In this document: in pieces, positions 1 through 12,479 of the stretch
Position numbering within the stretch: the stretch's first letter is position 1
Layout: every line of letters starts with the position of its first letter
NCBI RefSeq assembly: GCF_963921235.1
Contig: NC_086097.1
Location: 227,294,001 to 227,358,000 of the forward strand
Direction: 5' to 3'
DNA length: 64,000 nucleotides
DNA from: Mobula hypostoma
Taxonomy: Eukaryota
Program-made: the position numbers and the translations under genes
The notes under the pieces: model-generated
Database searches by the model: none
The model's input: only the letters and a program-made list of their open reading frames with translations
Told to the model about the DNA's origin: nothing

Positions 1-2
1 GA

Positions 3-1244
3 CCTCTTTTCTCTTAGCGGTTTGCTTACCAGCTCAATACAGCCAGTCGGAACTGCCGTTTTTCCTTTCTCCGCCTCCTTCTTTGGCGCAAAGCACCTGG
101 ACGCAAAATGTCCGACTTTCCCACAATTGTAACATACGACCCCAGTAGACTTCCTACCAAACTGCTCCCGGTCTACCTTATCCTTCTCACTAGTCCCCGG
201 CTTACTTTCTGACTTTTTTGGCGGACTCTCCCCACCGACCTGACTACCCTTCTGGTAGCCTTTACTCGGGGCAAACTTCGTTTTATGTGTCAACGCGTAC
301 TCATCCGCTAACTTAGCAGTTGCGGCTAAAGTGTCTGCCTCTTTCTCATCTAGATAGGGTCTCATACCTTCAGGGACACAACCTTTAAACTGCTCAGTCA
401 GTATTAGCTGTAGCAGTCTGTCATAATCCCCATTGACCCCTTTCGAGGCACACCAACGCTCACAATATGTCTGCAGCTCACGGGCAAACTCTAAATACGT
501 GCGGTCCCACTGCTTCCTCGCATTCCGGAACCTCTGCCGGTATGCCTCCGGGACCAGCTCATAAATCTTGAGGATGGCCTCTTTCACCACCTCATACCTC
601 TGGGCATCTTCTGCGGACAAAGCCGAGTAAGCTTGTTGGGCATTTCCTTTAAGTACACTCTGATGCAAAACAGCCCACTTGTCTCTCGGCCAGTCCTGAC
701 TTACAGCAACTTTTTCAAAATGGAGAAAGTACCAATCAACATCGGTCTCGTCAAATGGGGGAACCAGCCTAACCTGGGTCGCCCTGAACCCTCCACCTTG
801 CTTCGGCATGGGCCCCTGCGCTGCCATAATCTTTAACCTCTCCAGCTCAAATTCCTTTTCCCTCTGTTTCTCTCTCGCTTCTCGTTCTAACTGCTTGTCC
901 CTCTCTTCTCGCTCCAACTGCCTCTCTTCTCGTTGTCGTTCTAACTGTTTCTCTTTGTGTTCTAGCTCTCTTACCCGGAACTCGTGCTCGAGTCTCAATT
1001 TTTCAAGCTGCACCTGTACTGCGTCTCCACCAGGTTTTCCAATAGATATCACCTCCAGCTCCCCTTGGGGAAACACACCTTTAGACACATAATGCTCTAT
1101 GATAGCTCTGTGCATCTCCCCTCTCCTCATGGTCGATTTCCCCTTAAAAAGATTGAACCGTATGGCCACAGCTGCCAATTCTACTTTCCTGGCATCCTCT
1201 AATGCCTCCAAGGTCGGTGCCTTTAGAAATTCCTCAATCTCCAT
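3..1244 (-). CDS. Gag of a Gmr1-like Ty3/Gypsy retrotransposon with SCAN domain and CCHC zinc knuckle (3'-partial, runs off the window)
   Basis: Manual translation from the ATG at 1244 reads MEIEEFLKAPTLEALEDARK...VPPFDETDVDWYFLHFEKVA...YELVPEAYRQRFRNARKQWDRTYLEFARELQTYCERWCASK...LLQLILTEQFKGCVPEGMRPYLDEKEADTLAATAKLADEY...CYNCGKVGHFASRC. No stop was seen before the window edge, which explains its absence from the ORF track. Confidence 0.92.
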   Translation of the reverse strand, partial: MEIEEFLKAPTLEALEDARKVELAAVAIRFNLFKGKSTMRRGEMHRAIIEHYVSKGVFPQGELEVISIGKPGGDAVQVQLEKLRLEHEFRVRELEHKEKQLERQREERQLEREERDKQLEREAREKQREKEFELERLKIMAAQGPMPKQGGGFRATQVRLVPPFDETDVDWYFLHFEKVAVSQDWPRDKWAVLHQSVLKGNAQQAYSALSAEDAQRYEVVKEAILKIYELVPEAYRQRFRNARKQWDRTYLEFARELQTYCERWCASKGVNGDYDRLLQLILTEQFKGCVPEGMRPYLDEKEADTLAATAKLADEYALTHKTKFAPSKGYQKGSQVGGESPPKKSESKPGTSEKDKVDREQFGRKSTGVVCYNCGKVGHFASRCFAPKKEAEKGKTAVPTGCIELVSKPLREKR

Positions 1245-1320
1245 TTCTGCTGTTTGCCTTTTCTTTCTTTCGGAAATTTTAACCCAATCAATTTACCCAG
1301 TCCCAAATTTAGCATTCAAA

Positions 1321-1338
1321 ATCCCGGATGAGCCCCCA
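1321..1338 (-). promoter_or_regulatory. Primer-binding site, tRNA-Pro type
   Basis: Minus strand TGGGGGCTCATCCGGGAT lies 4 nt after the LTR end and has one mismatch to the canonical tRNA-Pro PBS TGGGGGCTCGTCCGGGAT. Confidence 0.9.
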
Positions 1339-1342
1339 CTTA

Positions 1343-2188
1343 TGTTACGTACCCCGTAACTGGGTTGCCAAACCAGCAGAAATGGACCACTTAGTTGGAG
1401 TCTGGATTACCGGAACTAAGAAAGTTTTATTAAAGAAATCAGTAACACAGTACTCTAAACATAAGGATATAAATGCAACGGGTTAGCAATGATAAAACAC
1501 ACATGTAGACAGAACTAGGATAATAGGATCAATCAAGCTCTATCGCAGTCTAGGGGTAAAATGATCAGTCTCAAGTTACACAGAGTTCAGTTCAGTTCAG
1601 TTCAGTTCGCAGTAATTGCTGTTGTGCCGTTGGGGGGAGAGAGAGAACGAAAGATGATATTCAAATCGGATTCAACAGACCTTTGATATTCCTCGCAGTT
1701 AGCTTTTGGGCGAGCCCTTTGTAATGTCTTTTGAGGTCACCGACTGTGACCCCTCCATTCCGGATACAATCGTTCTTCTGCGGTGAACCCGGCACCGAGG
1801 CAAAGGTGGACACGCACACCAGGTTCCCGCCGATCGTACCTTCACGCCCTGTGCGTCTATGGTTGGTCCCGCGACCAGACCTCCAAAACTCTCACCAACT
1901 TGTGGGGGCACACCGCTTCTCCAGGGTCTCGTTATCTCGTGGTGTCGTGGTGTGTGCTTGCCTTAGTGAACCTGTTCCTTTTATCCCCCTGCTGGGGTAT
2001 CGCCTGTCCATCAAACTTCAAACAGTTCAGGTTCAAAGCAACCAGTCTAAACAATACTCGGACCTGTGTTTCTTTTCGGTAATCTCTCTCATCTCCCTCT
2101 GATTAGCATTTTGAATGTTTCCCCCATTTGTCTCTCTCTTATCTCTCTTCTCGGCATCAATCTTCTGATAACTTGGTATCTTGTCACA
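1343..2188 (-). mobile_element. 5' LTR of the Gmr1-like Gypsy element (846 bp)
   Basis: TG...CA termini (TGTGACA...TAACA in element sense), AATAAA at 1426-1431 (minus), adjacent PBS, and similarity to the solo LTR at 24475. Confidence 0.9.
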
Positions 2189-2600
2189 ATATCTCGTCCG
2201 GTCTTGGTGACTTATTGAACTTGATGCTTTCCAAAAGCTCCAACATATTCTCTTTCTTAATGTCGATACGCTCAAGCTTTTCAGTCCACTGTGAGTCATC
2301 TCTACAATTGCCAAGGTCTTTTTCCAGGGTGACTACCTCCCTGTAGCTCTTATCTGTCACTTCCTCATTCTCCTGTATGAGCTGAAGGTCATCCAGCTGC
2401 AGCTACAGTTCCTTAACACAGTTTTTAAGGAGCTGCAGTTTGATGCTTTTCATGCCAATGTAGTTATGAGAGAGACTAGAGTTCTCCCAGAGTTCCCACA
2501 TCTTAAACAAAGAGCATACCACCAATCCTAGATCTATTCTCAATGCACCAGCTATGTACTTATTAACTGAAAAAGAGAAAAAAGACATACTAGAAACTTA
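2189..2600 (-). mobile_element. CR1 LINE fragments (ORF2 piece and ORF1 N-terminus)
   Basis: 2189-2290 resembles the CR1 at 15160-15260. 2330-2530 reads VVCSLFKMWELWE...LQLLKNCVKEL...SYREVVT, typical of a CR1 ORF1. Confidence 0.7.
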
Positions 2601-2991
2601 CTTAGATATTCCACCTGTTCTCACTGAAGCCTACAGAGCCAAAGCCTCCCTCTCTAACCTTGGCCCATTCAAACAATAGGCGCTCCCACAATTGCTGACA
2701 CTTCGCTTTGTTTTATTGACCCTTGCCAAGTTACTAATAATTCAAGCAATGTCCCACTCAGCAGACAAGTGCTAATAGGCCCTGCTTACTTTTTAAAATT
2801 GAAGTGTAAACTCTAAAGGAATTATTTCCCGCTCTCTGTGATCTCCTGCTCGCTTTTTAAAACGGGCACAGAAACTCCATAAGAAACTGTCTCCAATTCT
2901 CTCTGCCAATTCCCACTTCTTGGGTGATTCAGTCAAGATGGTTAGGTAACAGAGGCGTGTGTACTTTTTAATATTCTTGAAGGAATGAAGA

Positions 2992-3058
2992 TATCACTGG
3001 GAGATATCACTGGATATCACTGGGAGAATATCACTGGAATGATGGATATCACTGGGAG
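2992..3058. repeat. Short tandem repeat (GATATCACTGG core, about 5 copies)
   Basis: Visible directly in the sequence. Confidence 0.85.
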
Positions 3059-3559
3059 ACATAAATTCTAGTGTCTGGCCGTTATTGGTAGGATTTGATG
3101 GAGGTATGAGGAACTGAGCAATGACAGTGCCTCGATTCATTTGATGTGATATGGCATTTAAAGATGTATTTACTTTGTCTAATTGTGTAAACTGTTGAAG
3201 CTCTTTATGGCACCACTCGTGATATTGATATTTTTATTTATATTTTTGCACTGCTCCTCATGCCTTTTAAATAGTTTTCAGGAGGATCTCCTGAAACACA
3301 ATGATTTGGGCCATCTCTCATTTCGATCTCTTACAGCAAGACTTCCAGTCCAACATTACAACGCCTTTGGAGCGCATTCTGTCACCAGTGTGGGGATTTT
3401 TCACTTTTCCCCAGGTGACAATCATCTTATATATGATTGCTAGTGTAATGCAGGTAAATCAAGTCTCCATACACCTTCCTCATTCCCACCCCACCCTACA
3501 ATTTGGACTGGTCAGGTTTAGCTAAACACAGTGCCATTGCACGAACAAATGAAGATGTG

Positions 3560-3852
3560 CCACGGTAGTGCAGTATAGCGGTTAGCGCAATGCTATGATA
3601 TCGTGGGCTTCTGGAGTTCCAGAGTTCAATTTCAGCACCATTCCATAAGGAGTCTCTGTATGTCCTCACCATGGAATGCTTGGGCTTCCTCCAGGTCCTC
3701 CAGTTTCCTCTCACAGTCCAAAGATGTATTGGGTAGGTTAATTGATCATTATAAGTTGTTCCGAGATTAGTTTAGGGTTAATCGGATTTTTGGGGGTTAC
3801 TGGGGCAGCATGGCTCAAAGGCCATGTAAGTAAGGCCAAAGTAAATAAATAA
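3560..3852 (+). mobile_element. tRNA-derived V-SINE (HE1-like)
   Basis: tRNA-like head, V-domain-like CCTCCAGGTCCTCCAGTTTCCTCTCACAGTCCAAAGATGT, and a (TAAA)n tail. Confidence 0.75.
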
Positions 3853-5609
3853 ACCATACACATTGGGGATAACACCAGCAAAAGCTGCATTAGAGGTTCC
3901 AAATAATCACATATAGTGATCCCTGTGAACATTCTTCAATTTAGCCTCTGGAGATTAAAATAAGAATTTATGGAATTGATCTGGTTTAAGATACAACAGA
4001 TGACCAAGCTTAGTACAGAAAGGTCAAACAAGTTATTAAAAATGAAATGTGAGGGACAAAGTGAGCGTTTGAACCTAAATTAGCTGAGAGTATAAAATAA
4101 AATCCAAAAATCTTTTTCAGAAAAAGGATTTTATGAAGGTCAACGATATTGCTCAGGTACTTGATTGAATAATTTGTATTTGTCTTCACGAAAGATGGAG
4201 ATGTTTCCATTGCCATGTTGGAGAAGAAGACAGCCCAGAAGAGGGATACTGGAAAAATAGTTAAAAGATAGACAATGCTCAAAGTAGAAATATCTCCAAT
4301 TGGACTTTCTCAGAGTCTAATGTGGAATGTGAAAATAAGAAAAGTTTGAGAGTCTTTGACTTCAATCTTCCAATACAGTCTAAATATGGGAGTGGAGCCA
4401 GAGGAATGCAGGCTTGGAAATATTTCATGTCAACTCAGAAAAGAACAAGTCAACTTGAAACTGAGGTCCTCATCTCTCAAGCTCAACTATTGGCTGCACC
4501 TTTGCCTCCACAGATGCTGCTTGACCTGCTGAGTTCTTCCTGAGATTGCTATTTGCTTTAAATACAGGCATGTCGGTATGCAGATGTTTGAATGTGACAG
4601 GGCAACTTGAAATGGTGAAATGAATCCTTACTTTCAATAATATAGTTCAGGAAAGAAATGTAGTTATGCTAAACCTTTGATAACATTGATCAGGCTTTAA
4701 CAGGTGATTGCACTTTATGAAGAATGACAGGACCTTGGAGAGACTGCTAAAAAAGTCACTGAAAGGATTTCAAAGTTTTGTGCAGAATATAGTGTTATTA
4801 CCCTTTCAGTAGAGAAGATTGACAGCAGTCTTTAAAATCACGAAGCATTTTGATAGAGAATGTGAGTAATTGCCATGGACAGGAAGGCAAGTAAATACAG
4901 GATTTATATTTAAGATAATTGCCAAAGGTGTCAAAGCATCATTTATGCAGCACTTTCTTTTGATTTAGTTTTACCACCTGAAAGCATAGCAAAAGTTTAT
5001 TCCGTGATAACTTACAAGAGTGAATTTTTAAAATAATTGAAGGAGAGAAGTTTGAGTTCTCACAAGAAAAGACCAAGTCAATGGACCTGAGACAAGATAA
5101 GCTAAATGGCTTCCATCAGTGCTAGATTATTCCCCCAAGAGTATTCCAAAGGGCAGTGAATATTTAATGGAATGACTTAGTAGAAACACAATCAGTGGTC
5201 AATTTATATCATACTTTATCTTCAACTTATTAATTAAATAAAAATATTGACCACTTAATCCAATTATATTTCAGTAATTGAAGAAATTAAAAATTAGCAC
5301 CTACAAAATATATTAGTTAAAGAAAAGAAGTAGTCTTTGAATCCAAGAGGACTGGATTAAAATTTATGAAAGAAATATAAGGAAGAGATATATTGTGCCT
5401 TTGCTGAAATACATTAATAAAATAAGATCAACAGGAATCAATTATGCAACGGCCGTGAGTGGATTGGGAATATTTTCAAATCTATTTATGTAATGGCAGA
5501 GATTTTTAAATAATTTTATAGGATAGATATAGAGAAGGTTTTTCACAATCATCAAATCCACAGTACATAATTGATGGATTTTCTGGAAACACAACAGACC
5601 GCAAAAGAG

Positions 5610-6420
5610 TCAATCCAGAGTGCTGGAGGATTAAATGGGTCAAGCAACATCTGTTAACGCTCAAGACCCTGTGTCAGGACTGAGTGTAGAGGGGAGATTA
5701 CCATTATAATAAAGAGTTAAGGGGGGAATAGTGAAGCAGTGGCTGGCAGGCTATAGGGGGAACCAAGGTAAGGAGGTGAATGATGGGCAGCTTGAGCCAG
5801 CAATAGAGATGGAGGCATGAAGGAGATGTAGAGACACATGAGGCTGCAGTTGCTCAAGTTTGCTAAGTTAGGAAAGTGTTAAGTGGAACAAGATAAGAGA
5901 AGGATAATGGAACCAGTCTGGAGAGGAGCTAGGATACGCAAAAAGGTTGGACGAAGGGTGGTTTGGAAAAGGGGTATGAGAGATCCCAGATAATTAGAAG
6001 GAGAGAGAAAGGGTTACCTGAAATTCAAAAATTCTATGTTCATACCATCAGATTATAGACAATCCAGGTGAAGTATGAAGTCTTTTTCTTCAAGTTTGTG
6101 TTTGGCCTACTTCTTGCAGTGAGGAAGACTGAAGACAGACGGGAATGGGAATGAGGGTTGAAGTGGCATGCAGCTGGAAGACCAAAATGGCTATTGTGAA
6201 CAGAGAAATCATGTTCCACAATACAGTTATTTTGTCCATGCTAGGTCTCAGCAGTGTGGAAGAGGCTACGTCAAGAATGCTGAATGCATTAGGCATGTTT
6301 GGAGAAGGTGCCTGTGAACCACTGCCTGTTCTGGAAATGCTATTTAGCTCACTCGATGGTAGTGAGAACTGAGATGTAGGGATGTCTGTTGCACTTCCCA
6401 TGGTTGCAGGGGAATGTGTT
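5610..6420 (-). mobile_element. Degenerate Penelope-like element 3' region
   Basis: Minus strand ends ...DGMNIEFLNFR*, like the GIY-YIG C-terminus at 46200, followed by a pyrimidine-rich UTR and the terminal motif. Confidence 0.65.
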
Positions 6421-6499
6421 AAAGCACAGGAATGGATGAATGGAAGATGGAAAGGGATAATTGGAACTGCTGTTAAACTAGTTCACTTCAGCAAAGGAC

Positions 6500-7410
6500 A
6501 TTTATGTCTCCAAATATGACCCTGAGATTAATTTTCTTGCAGGTATTCACAGTAAATACAAAGAAACACATTAGAATCAATGTTGGATAAACAACCAATT
6601 TGCAAAAGACAACAAACTATGCAAATACAAAAATTAAATAATAACACCAATAATTATTATTATAATAAATAACTAAGCAATAAATATCAAACACATGAGA
6701 TGAAGAGTCCTTGAAAGTGATGGATTGTGGGTACAGTTCAGTGATGGAGTGAGTGAAGTTATCCCCTGTTGTTCAATAACTGTTCCTGAACCTAGTGGTG
6801 TGGGTCTTGAGGCTTCTGTACCTCCTTCCTGATGGCAGCAGTGGGATGAGAGAATGGCCTGGATGGTGGAGATCCTTGAAGATGGACGTTGCTTTCCTGC
6901 AACAGCTCTCCTTGTAGATGTGGCTCAATAGATGGGAGGGCTTCACCCATAATGGACTGGGCTGTATCCACTGCTTTTTTGTGGCTTTCTCTTTTAAGAG
7001 CATTGGTGTTTCCATACCTGGCCCTGATGCAACCAATCATGATATTCTCCACTTCTCATCGATGGTAATCCATCAAAATTTTAGACAATGTGCCAAATCT
7101 TCACAAACTTCTAAGAAAATTGAGACGCTGCAGTGCTTACTTTGTAATGGCAGTTACACGCCGGACCCAGTAAAAGATCCTCTAAAATGATAACACCAAG
7201 GAACTTAAAAGTTGCGGAGTTTCTCAACCTTTGATCCCCCAATGAGGACTGACTCATGGACCTCCAGTTTCCTCCTCCTGTAGTCAATAATCAGCTCCTT
7301 GGTCTTGCTGACATTGAGTGAGGAGCTGCTGTTGTGGCACCACTCAGCCAGATTTCCATTCTCTATGTTGATTCATCACCATCTTTGATTCAGCCAATAA
7401 CAGTAGTGTC
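6500..7410 (-). mobile_element. Rex-Babar LINE 3' fragment
   Basis: KDLHHPGHSLIPLLPSGRRYRSLKTHTTRFRNSY and the upstream LNVSKTKELIIDY motif. Confidence 0.8.
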
Positions 7411-7940
7411 ATAAACACTATTACATACAGTATCCATCTGGAATCCACCTAAGAAGGTGTGAAGAAAAAGTTGTGTAGTTAGGTCCATTCTGTGCAATGG
7501 TATTGAAATGATGCTGCTATTAATAATACTGGGTCAGGAATGATTTCGGAGTGTGTTAGAAGTTCACTGCTCTGAGTGTAATGACAAAGGATGTGCACCT
7601 TATGTGGCACGGAAATATTAAGAACTTAAAAGTGTTCCAACAATAGTCTTGAGATGTGAGAGCCTTTGGAGAGTGACAGAAATGTACAGAACTTAGAGGA
7701 AATGATTACTAAGTATGGTTACTGGGAAAAAAGGATCTTGGAATGGTAGCAGAGCAGAGGTGATTCATTGCACTATATTTGAAGCTCTTGGAAACATTAG
7801 GATATCAGGACCGAAATGTTGTAAACTGAATTGTTAAAATTAAATCATCGTAAAGAAGCACAGTAGGAAATAATTGTATCAGTTACAGGAAATGTCACCA
7901 ATTTTTATTCCATACTATTTATTTATGCTTTATTGTTTAG

Positions 7941-8063
7941 ATTGCAGAAAAAGATGAAGAAATTCTACAAGTCCAGTCATGCTTAACACAGTATCGGATC
8001 AACCATGGTCATTCCAATGAAGAATATGATGGACAGGTTGCTCTTGTTAAACACCTAGAGAAG
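7941..8063 (+). CDS. Internal exon of a coiled-coil gene (PMFBP1/CCDC18-like), phase 0-0
   Basis: tttag|ATT...AAG|gtcagt, 123 nt, IAEKDEEILQVQSCLTQYRINHGHSNEEYDGQVALVKHLEK. Confidence 0.85.
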
Positions 8064-9590
8064 GTCAGTTTTGCACTAAACAACTGAATAATAAAAGAGA
8101 ACCAATAAAGAATTGAACTTTATTTTAGCTACACAATACTATTAGTAATTTATTGTAGCTTCCACTCTAAATAATAGAGGATAAACAAAATAATAGAAGG
8201 TTACATCATTTCTAACTAAAATGTATTCATTAAACCACAGGTACTTGCCCAGACTTTCGGATTATATGACCAGTGAGGGTTCAAGTCATGATAAAATTCT
8301 GTGTCCGATTCATAAATGTTCTTCTTTAGGTGTGTCATTCATATTTAAATTATTCTAGAAATGTTTTCTTTAAAACTGAATTTCCACTAGGGAGTGCCTC
8401 CTATTTTTTCATATAATTCTTCTAATATCTGTTTCATTTAAAATGTTTTTTGCTTCTTTAGAGACATATAAAAAATAGCTAACTTTGAGTCAAGGATAAA
8501 CACAATTGATTTGAAACTGCTATTTTATCTTTCCAATATTGGTTTTAACTCTTTGAAAAGGATACATTGTGACACATTATTTTTTGACATCAAAACCTGT
8601 TCTGGGCAGTCTTCTGATGAGAACTTTTTTTCCTTGGCTCCATGAGAGCTCTGCATGGAAAGGATATGAATAGTTTCAATGTGATTCCAACAGGGTATAG
8701 ACTAAAATATAGATGGATTTATAAGGCAGGCCAGTTTATCACGATGCTCACAATCGACATTGTTATGATCTTGCACTTTATTGTTAATCTGCACTGCACT
8801 TTCTCTGTAGTTTTTATACTTAATTCTGCATTGTAATTGTTTTACCATATTCTATCTCAATGCATCATGAACAGTATATAAGACAAGCTTTTCACTGTAT
8901 ATATGTACCAATAATAAATAATAAACCAATACCAATACCAGAATAAAAAATGGTAGCTAAATTCGCACTGCTGGCCACTCTTGGTATGTTACATCCTTGT
9001 ATCAGCATTAAGAAATACTTAAGTACAATCTGATATAATGTGCATCTCATGCAAAAATGAGTCTCACATCTAAATTCTCATTTCTATAATAAATATAGTT
9101 TGAATATGATTAACTTGATAATATTCATTGGAGTGAGATTGAGCAGTAATACAAACCAGCCCGTCATTTTATATCCTGTTTCATTTTCTTTCTCTTTGAA
9201 TTACTCTTAAATAGTAAAGTAAATCAGGCAGAATATAAACTCTCCGGCCGATACATGGTACATGATTTGCGTCTTCAAATCTGACCTTGCTGTTTAAGTA
9301 AAATAAAATTATAGAATGCATGAGACAATAATGAGTCACTTAAGGGAATTTTATATTTCTGGAACAGGCATATGAGTAATTTTATCAATTTGGCAAGCTT
9401 TATACAAACATCACTTAACAAGTGACTATTATGTACTTATAAAAACAAAGTCATTTATTACTCATAATCAGCTGTACTTTTATAATTATCATGTACTAAT
9501 TCTGATATTTTACACATTATTATTCAGAAAATGGGTTTGATTGTCCCTTTGTTCTGTTTTAACCTTCATGTTTTATCTTGTGTTTGCCAG

Positions 9591-9875
9591 GAACTTGAAT
9601 TGATGAAAAGTACTTGTAATGAAAAAAATAGTAGAATTGGAGAATGTGAACAAACAATACTTGATCTCAGAGAAGAAATAACAAAATCTGACAATCAGCA
9701 AAAGAATTGTGTCCTTGAAGTGGAAAAACTTGAACAAGCTTTGGAAAATCTTAATCTGAATGCAGCAGATTCCGAAAATAAACACAAGCTGGAACTTGTA
9801 CAACTGCAAAAGCAAATTACCCAACTCGAAAGCAACCTCGCAGATTCCCAGAAAAGCTGCAACCAAATGCATCAG
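9591..9875 (+). CDS. Internal exon of the coiled-coil gene, phase 0-0
   Basis: tttgccag|GAA...CAG|gtctgt, 285 nt, ELELMKSTCNEKNSRIGECEQTILDLREE...SQKSCNQMHQ, heptad-rich. Confidence 0.92.
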
Positions 9876-10479
9876 GTCTGTTGACATGTTCGCTAATGAA
9901 AATTCTTCAAATACTCACTGAAACTTTAGTGAAAGACCAATTTCCCTGTAATTTTGCAAATCAGTGCTGAAGTTTCAATGATTAATCAGAAGAACCCTCA
10001 AGAGTATTTGCAATAGAATTGATTTTTCTAACCCATAAGCAAAAAAATGATATAATTTCAAAGGCAAAATAAATGTGTTGCCTCTAATACAGTTAAGGTT
10101 GGATAATGATGAAAATTTAGCTGGTGTATCAGCTACATTATTAGTTATTCATTCCCTGGCTTCCTTAGTTGTTGGGCCAGATCTTGCTAGCTCAATACCT
10201 CACACCTCACACAGTGTTGCTTCCTGCTACAACCCATCCTGACTCTTAATTAATCCATATATTAAAGGCCAATGTTCTAAGCCTCACACAACACCTTGGT
10301 CTCAGCCAATCTGCATGCAACGCCAGAGACTCAAGTAGTTCAGTCAAATACAGAGCTTTGATTTGGTACATGCCATTTAAACATCAGCAGCAAGCCAATA
10401 TTTTTACTGAGGTTTAAAAGAAACATTACTTTTTGATGCTTGAACCCTGTGTAATTAGATGGAAAATGGAAAACCTACA

Positions 10480-10870
10480 ACATCTGTAATCGAAGATCCC
10501 CAGCATCCATATCATGCCCATCATCTCAGCTTCCATTAGACGAGAGATACAGAAGCCTGATATCCCACATCACGGGTTCAAGAACAGCCGTTCAATCATT
10601 CAGTTCTTGAGCCAGCCTGCGATACACTAACCCTACCTCTCTAACAGCAATATAATGACTACTTGCACTACAAATGGACGTGGAATTCTGTTCAATTTGT
10701 TTTTCTCCTTCTAAAAATTGTGTATAACTTATGTTTAATTTATGTTTTTTTCCCTTATGAATGCTGCTCATGATGCTGTGTGCCTGTGATGTTGCCAAAA
10801 GTAAGTTTTTCATTGCACCTGCGCATGCGTTTACTTGTGCATACGACAATAAACTCAACTTTGACTTTGA
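10480..10870 (+). mobile_element. Rex-Babar LINE 3' end
   Basis: EDPQHPYHAH...LPLDERYRSL...RFKNS, then a UTR with CAATAAA and a (CTTTGA)n tail. Confidence 0.7.
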
Positions 10871-11216
10871 CAACACAATTGATAGCCAGTTTTGAGCCAC
10901 AAAATCCATTATGAATATGACCCATTCAATTTAGTCATGAAGCCACACAAGGAATTGAAGGATGCAGTCAATATGAAAATGAGGTAACAGAACTATACAG
11001 CAATTAATTCTGCTAATAGTGTTACAGAAAGATGCATCTGTAATAGGTAGATTGGTGAGGATGAAATCAGGTACATTTATCCCACATGTTGGTTTGCTCA
11101 TCACCTGCTGAGGAGGTATTCTGAATGCCAGACGAGACAGTTGAGATGCTTGTGGATCAGTTTCCTACCCAGCATGCATTCTGCATCTTTGGTAGATAGT
11201 AATCAAGTTGGGCACG

Positions 11217-11520
11217 TGGGCACATGGCCAAGTGGTTAAGGCTTTGGACTAGCTACCCGAAGGTCGTGAGTTCAAGCCCCAGACGAGGGAACGTATTGTG
11301 TCCTTGAGCAAGGCACTTAATGATTGCTCTGCGACGACTCTGGTACCAAGCTGTATGGGTCCTAATGCGCTTCCTTTGGATAACATTGGTGTCGTGGAGA
11401 GGGGAGACTTGCAGCATGGGCAACTGCTGGTCTTCCATACAACCTTGCCCAGGCCTGCGCCCTGGAGAGTGAAGACTTTCCAGGCGCAGATCCATGGTCT
11501 CGCAAGACTAACGTATGCCT
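11217..11520 (+). mobile_element. tRNA-derived SINE with CORE-like block and RTE-derived tail
   Basis: A box TGGCCAAGTGG, B box GAGTTCAAGCC, CORE-like TGTGTCCTTGAGCAAGGCACTTAA; further copies at 34292 and 40407. Confidence 0.85.
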
Positions 11521-11869
11521 TAATTAATCGTTGAGATTACCTTGCCTCCGTTTGATCTGATGTCATGTAACATCATGGGATCCAAAGGCAATTTGGAAAC
11601 ACCATTCCTCCTGAAATTTATACCACTGAGCAAAAACTTTGATTGACCTACCCTCCAGTTGGACAGCCCACAGCCAAGAACTGTGATGCAAAAGTTACTG
11701 CAGTAATGCAAAATTTTGGAAGACTTCTCCATGGTATATCATGTATAGTAAACTAAATTTTGAAACAGTCAATTAGACATAGTTTGAGCACTGGGTATTT
11801 CTCAGATGTTTAGCACTGAATTCAAAGGTGTAATAACAGAGTGTCACATTGCCATGACTGACTTGAATG

Positions 11870-12160
11870 AGTGTGTGTGGGCACGTACGCACGGGCGCCC
11901 TTAACTCCTGGTGGAGTCTTCAGGGCGCCGTTATGACAAGCTTTGCACCGATCTTTTTGGTATGCTCATCGTTCAGCGTGTCTTGGGCATCTGAAATCTG
12001 GCGGAGCCCATCCCCCTGGTTTTTTTTTTAACGAGGTCGAGTTGTTAGCTCGACACTCAACCCAGGTATGGATGGAGAGCGTGCAAGGGAGCCAGCTGGA
12101 TTCGAACTCGGGGCCTCTCACCCTGAAGTCCAGCGCTGATGCCTCTACGCCACCAGCCGG
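11870..12160 (-). mobile_element. tRNA-derived SINE (second family)
   Basis: Minus strand GCCGGCTGGTGGCGTAGAGG...GAGTTCGAATCC, ending in a (CA)n tail. Confidence 0.7.
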
Positions 12161-12479
12161 CATGAATAAAAAAGAACAAAAGTTTGCTCAGTTACACTTA
12201 CTAATTTTAAAAAGAAGGGTTGGACCATGAGTTGTAGAACATGGGATTGATGGAAGGATATTTCAGAAAGCAAAGAGACTCTTCCACTGTTAATTTAGCT
12301 AAAAGTGATCTGTACTTTTGAACCCATTAAACAACCCATTGTTGTTTAAAATTCCTTGAAACCATTATTAATAAAAATATCTACCTTTTGTTTCAAAACA
12401 AATAGTTTACACAGTGGTCACATTGCATGAAGCAATAAAAAAATGACATGAATAACTTTATGGATATCAGCTGAACAGT

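Noticed and set aside
633..1359. Plus-strand ORFs of 67-94 aa
   Set aside because: Antisense shadows of the minus-strand gag.
11217..11290. tRNA-like sequence (also at 12090-12160, 34520-34593 and 40407-40480)
   Set aside because: These are SINE heads continuing into SINE bodies, not tRNA genes.
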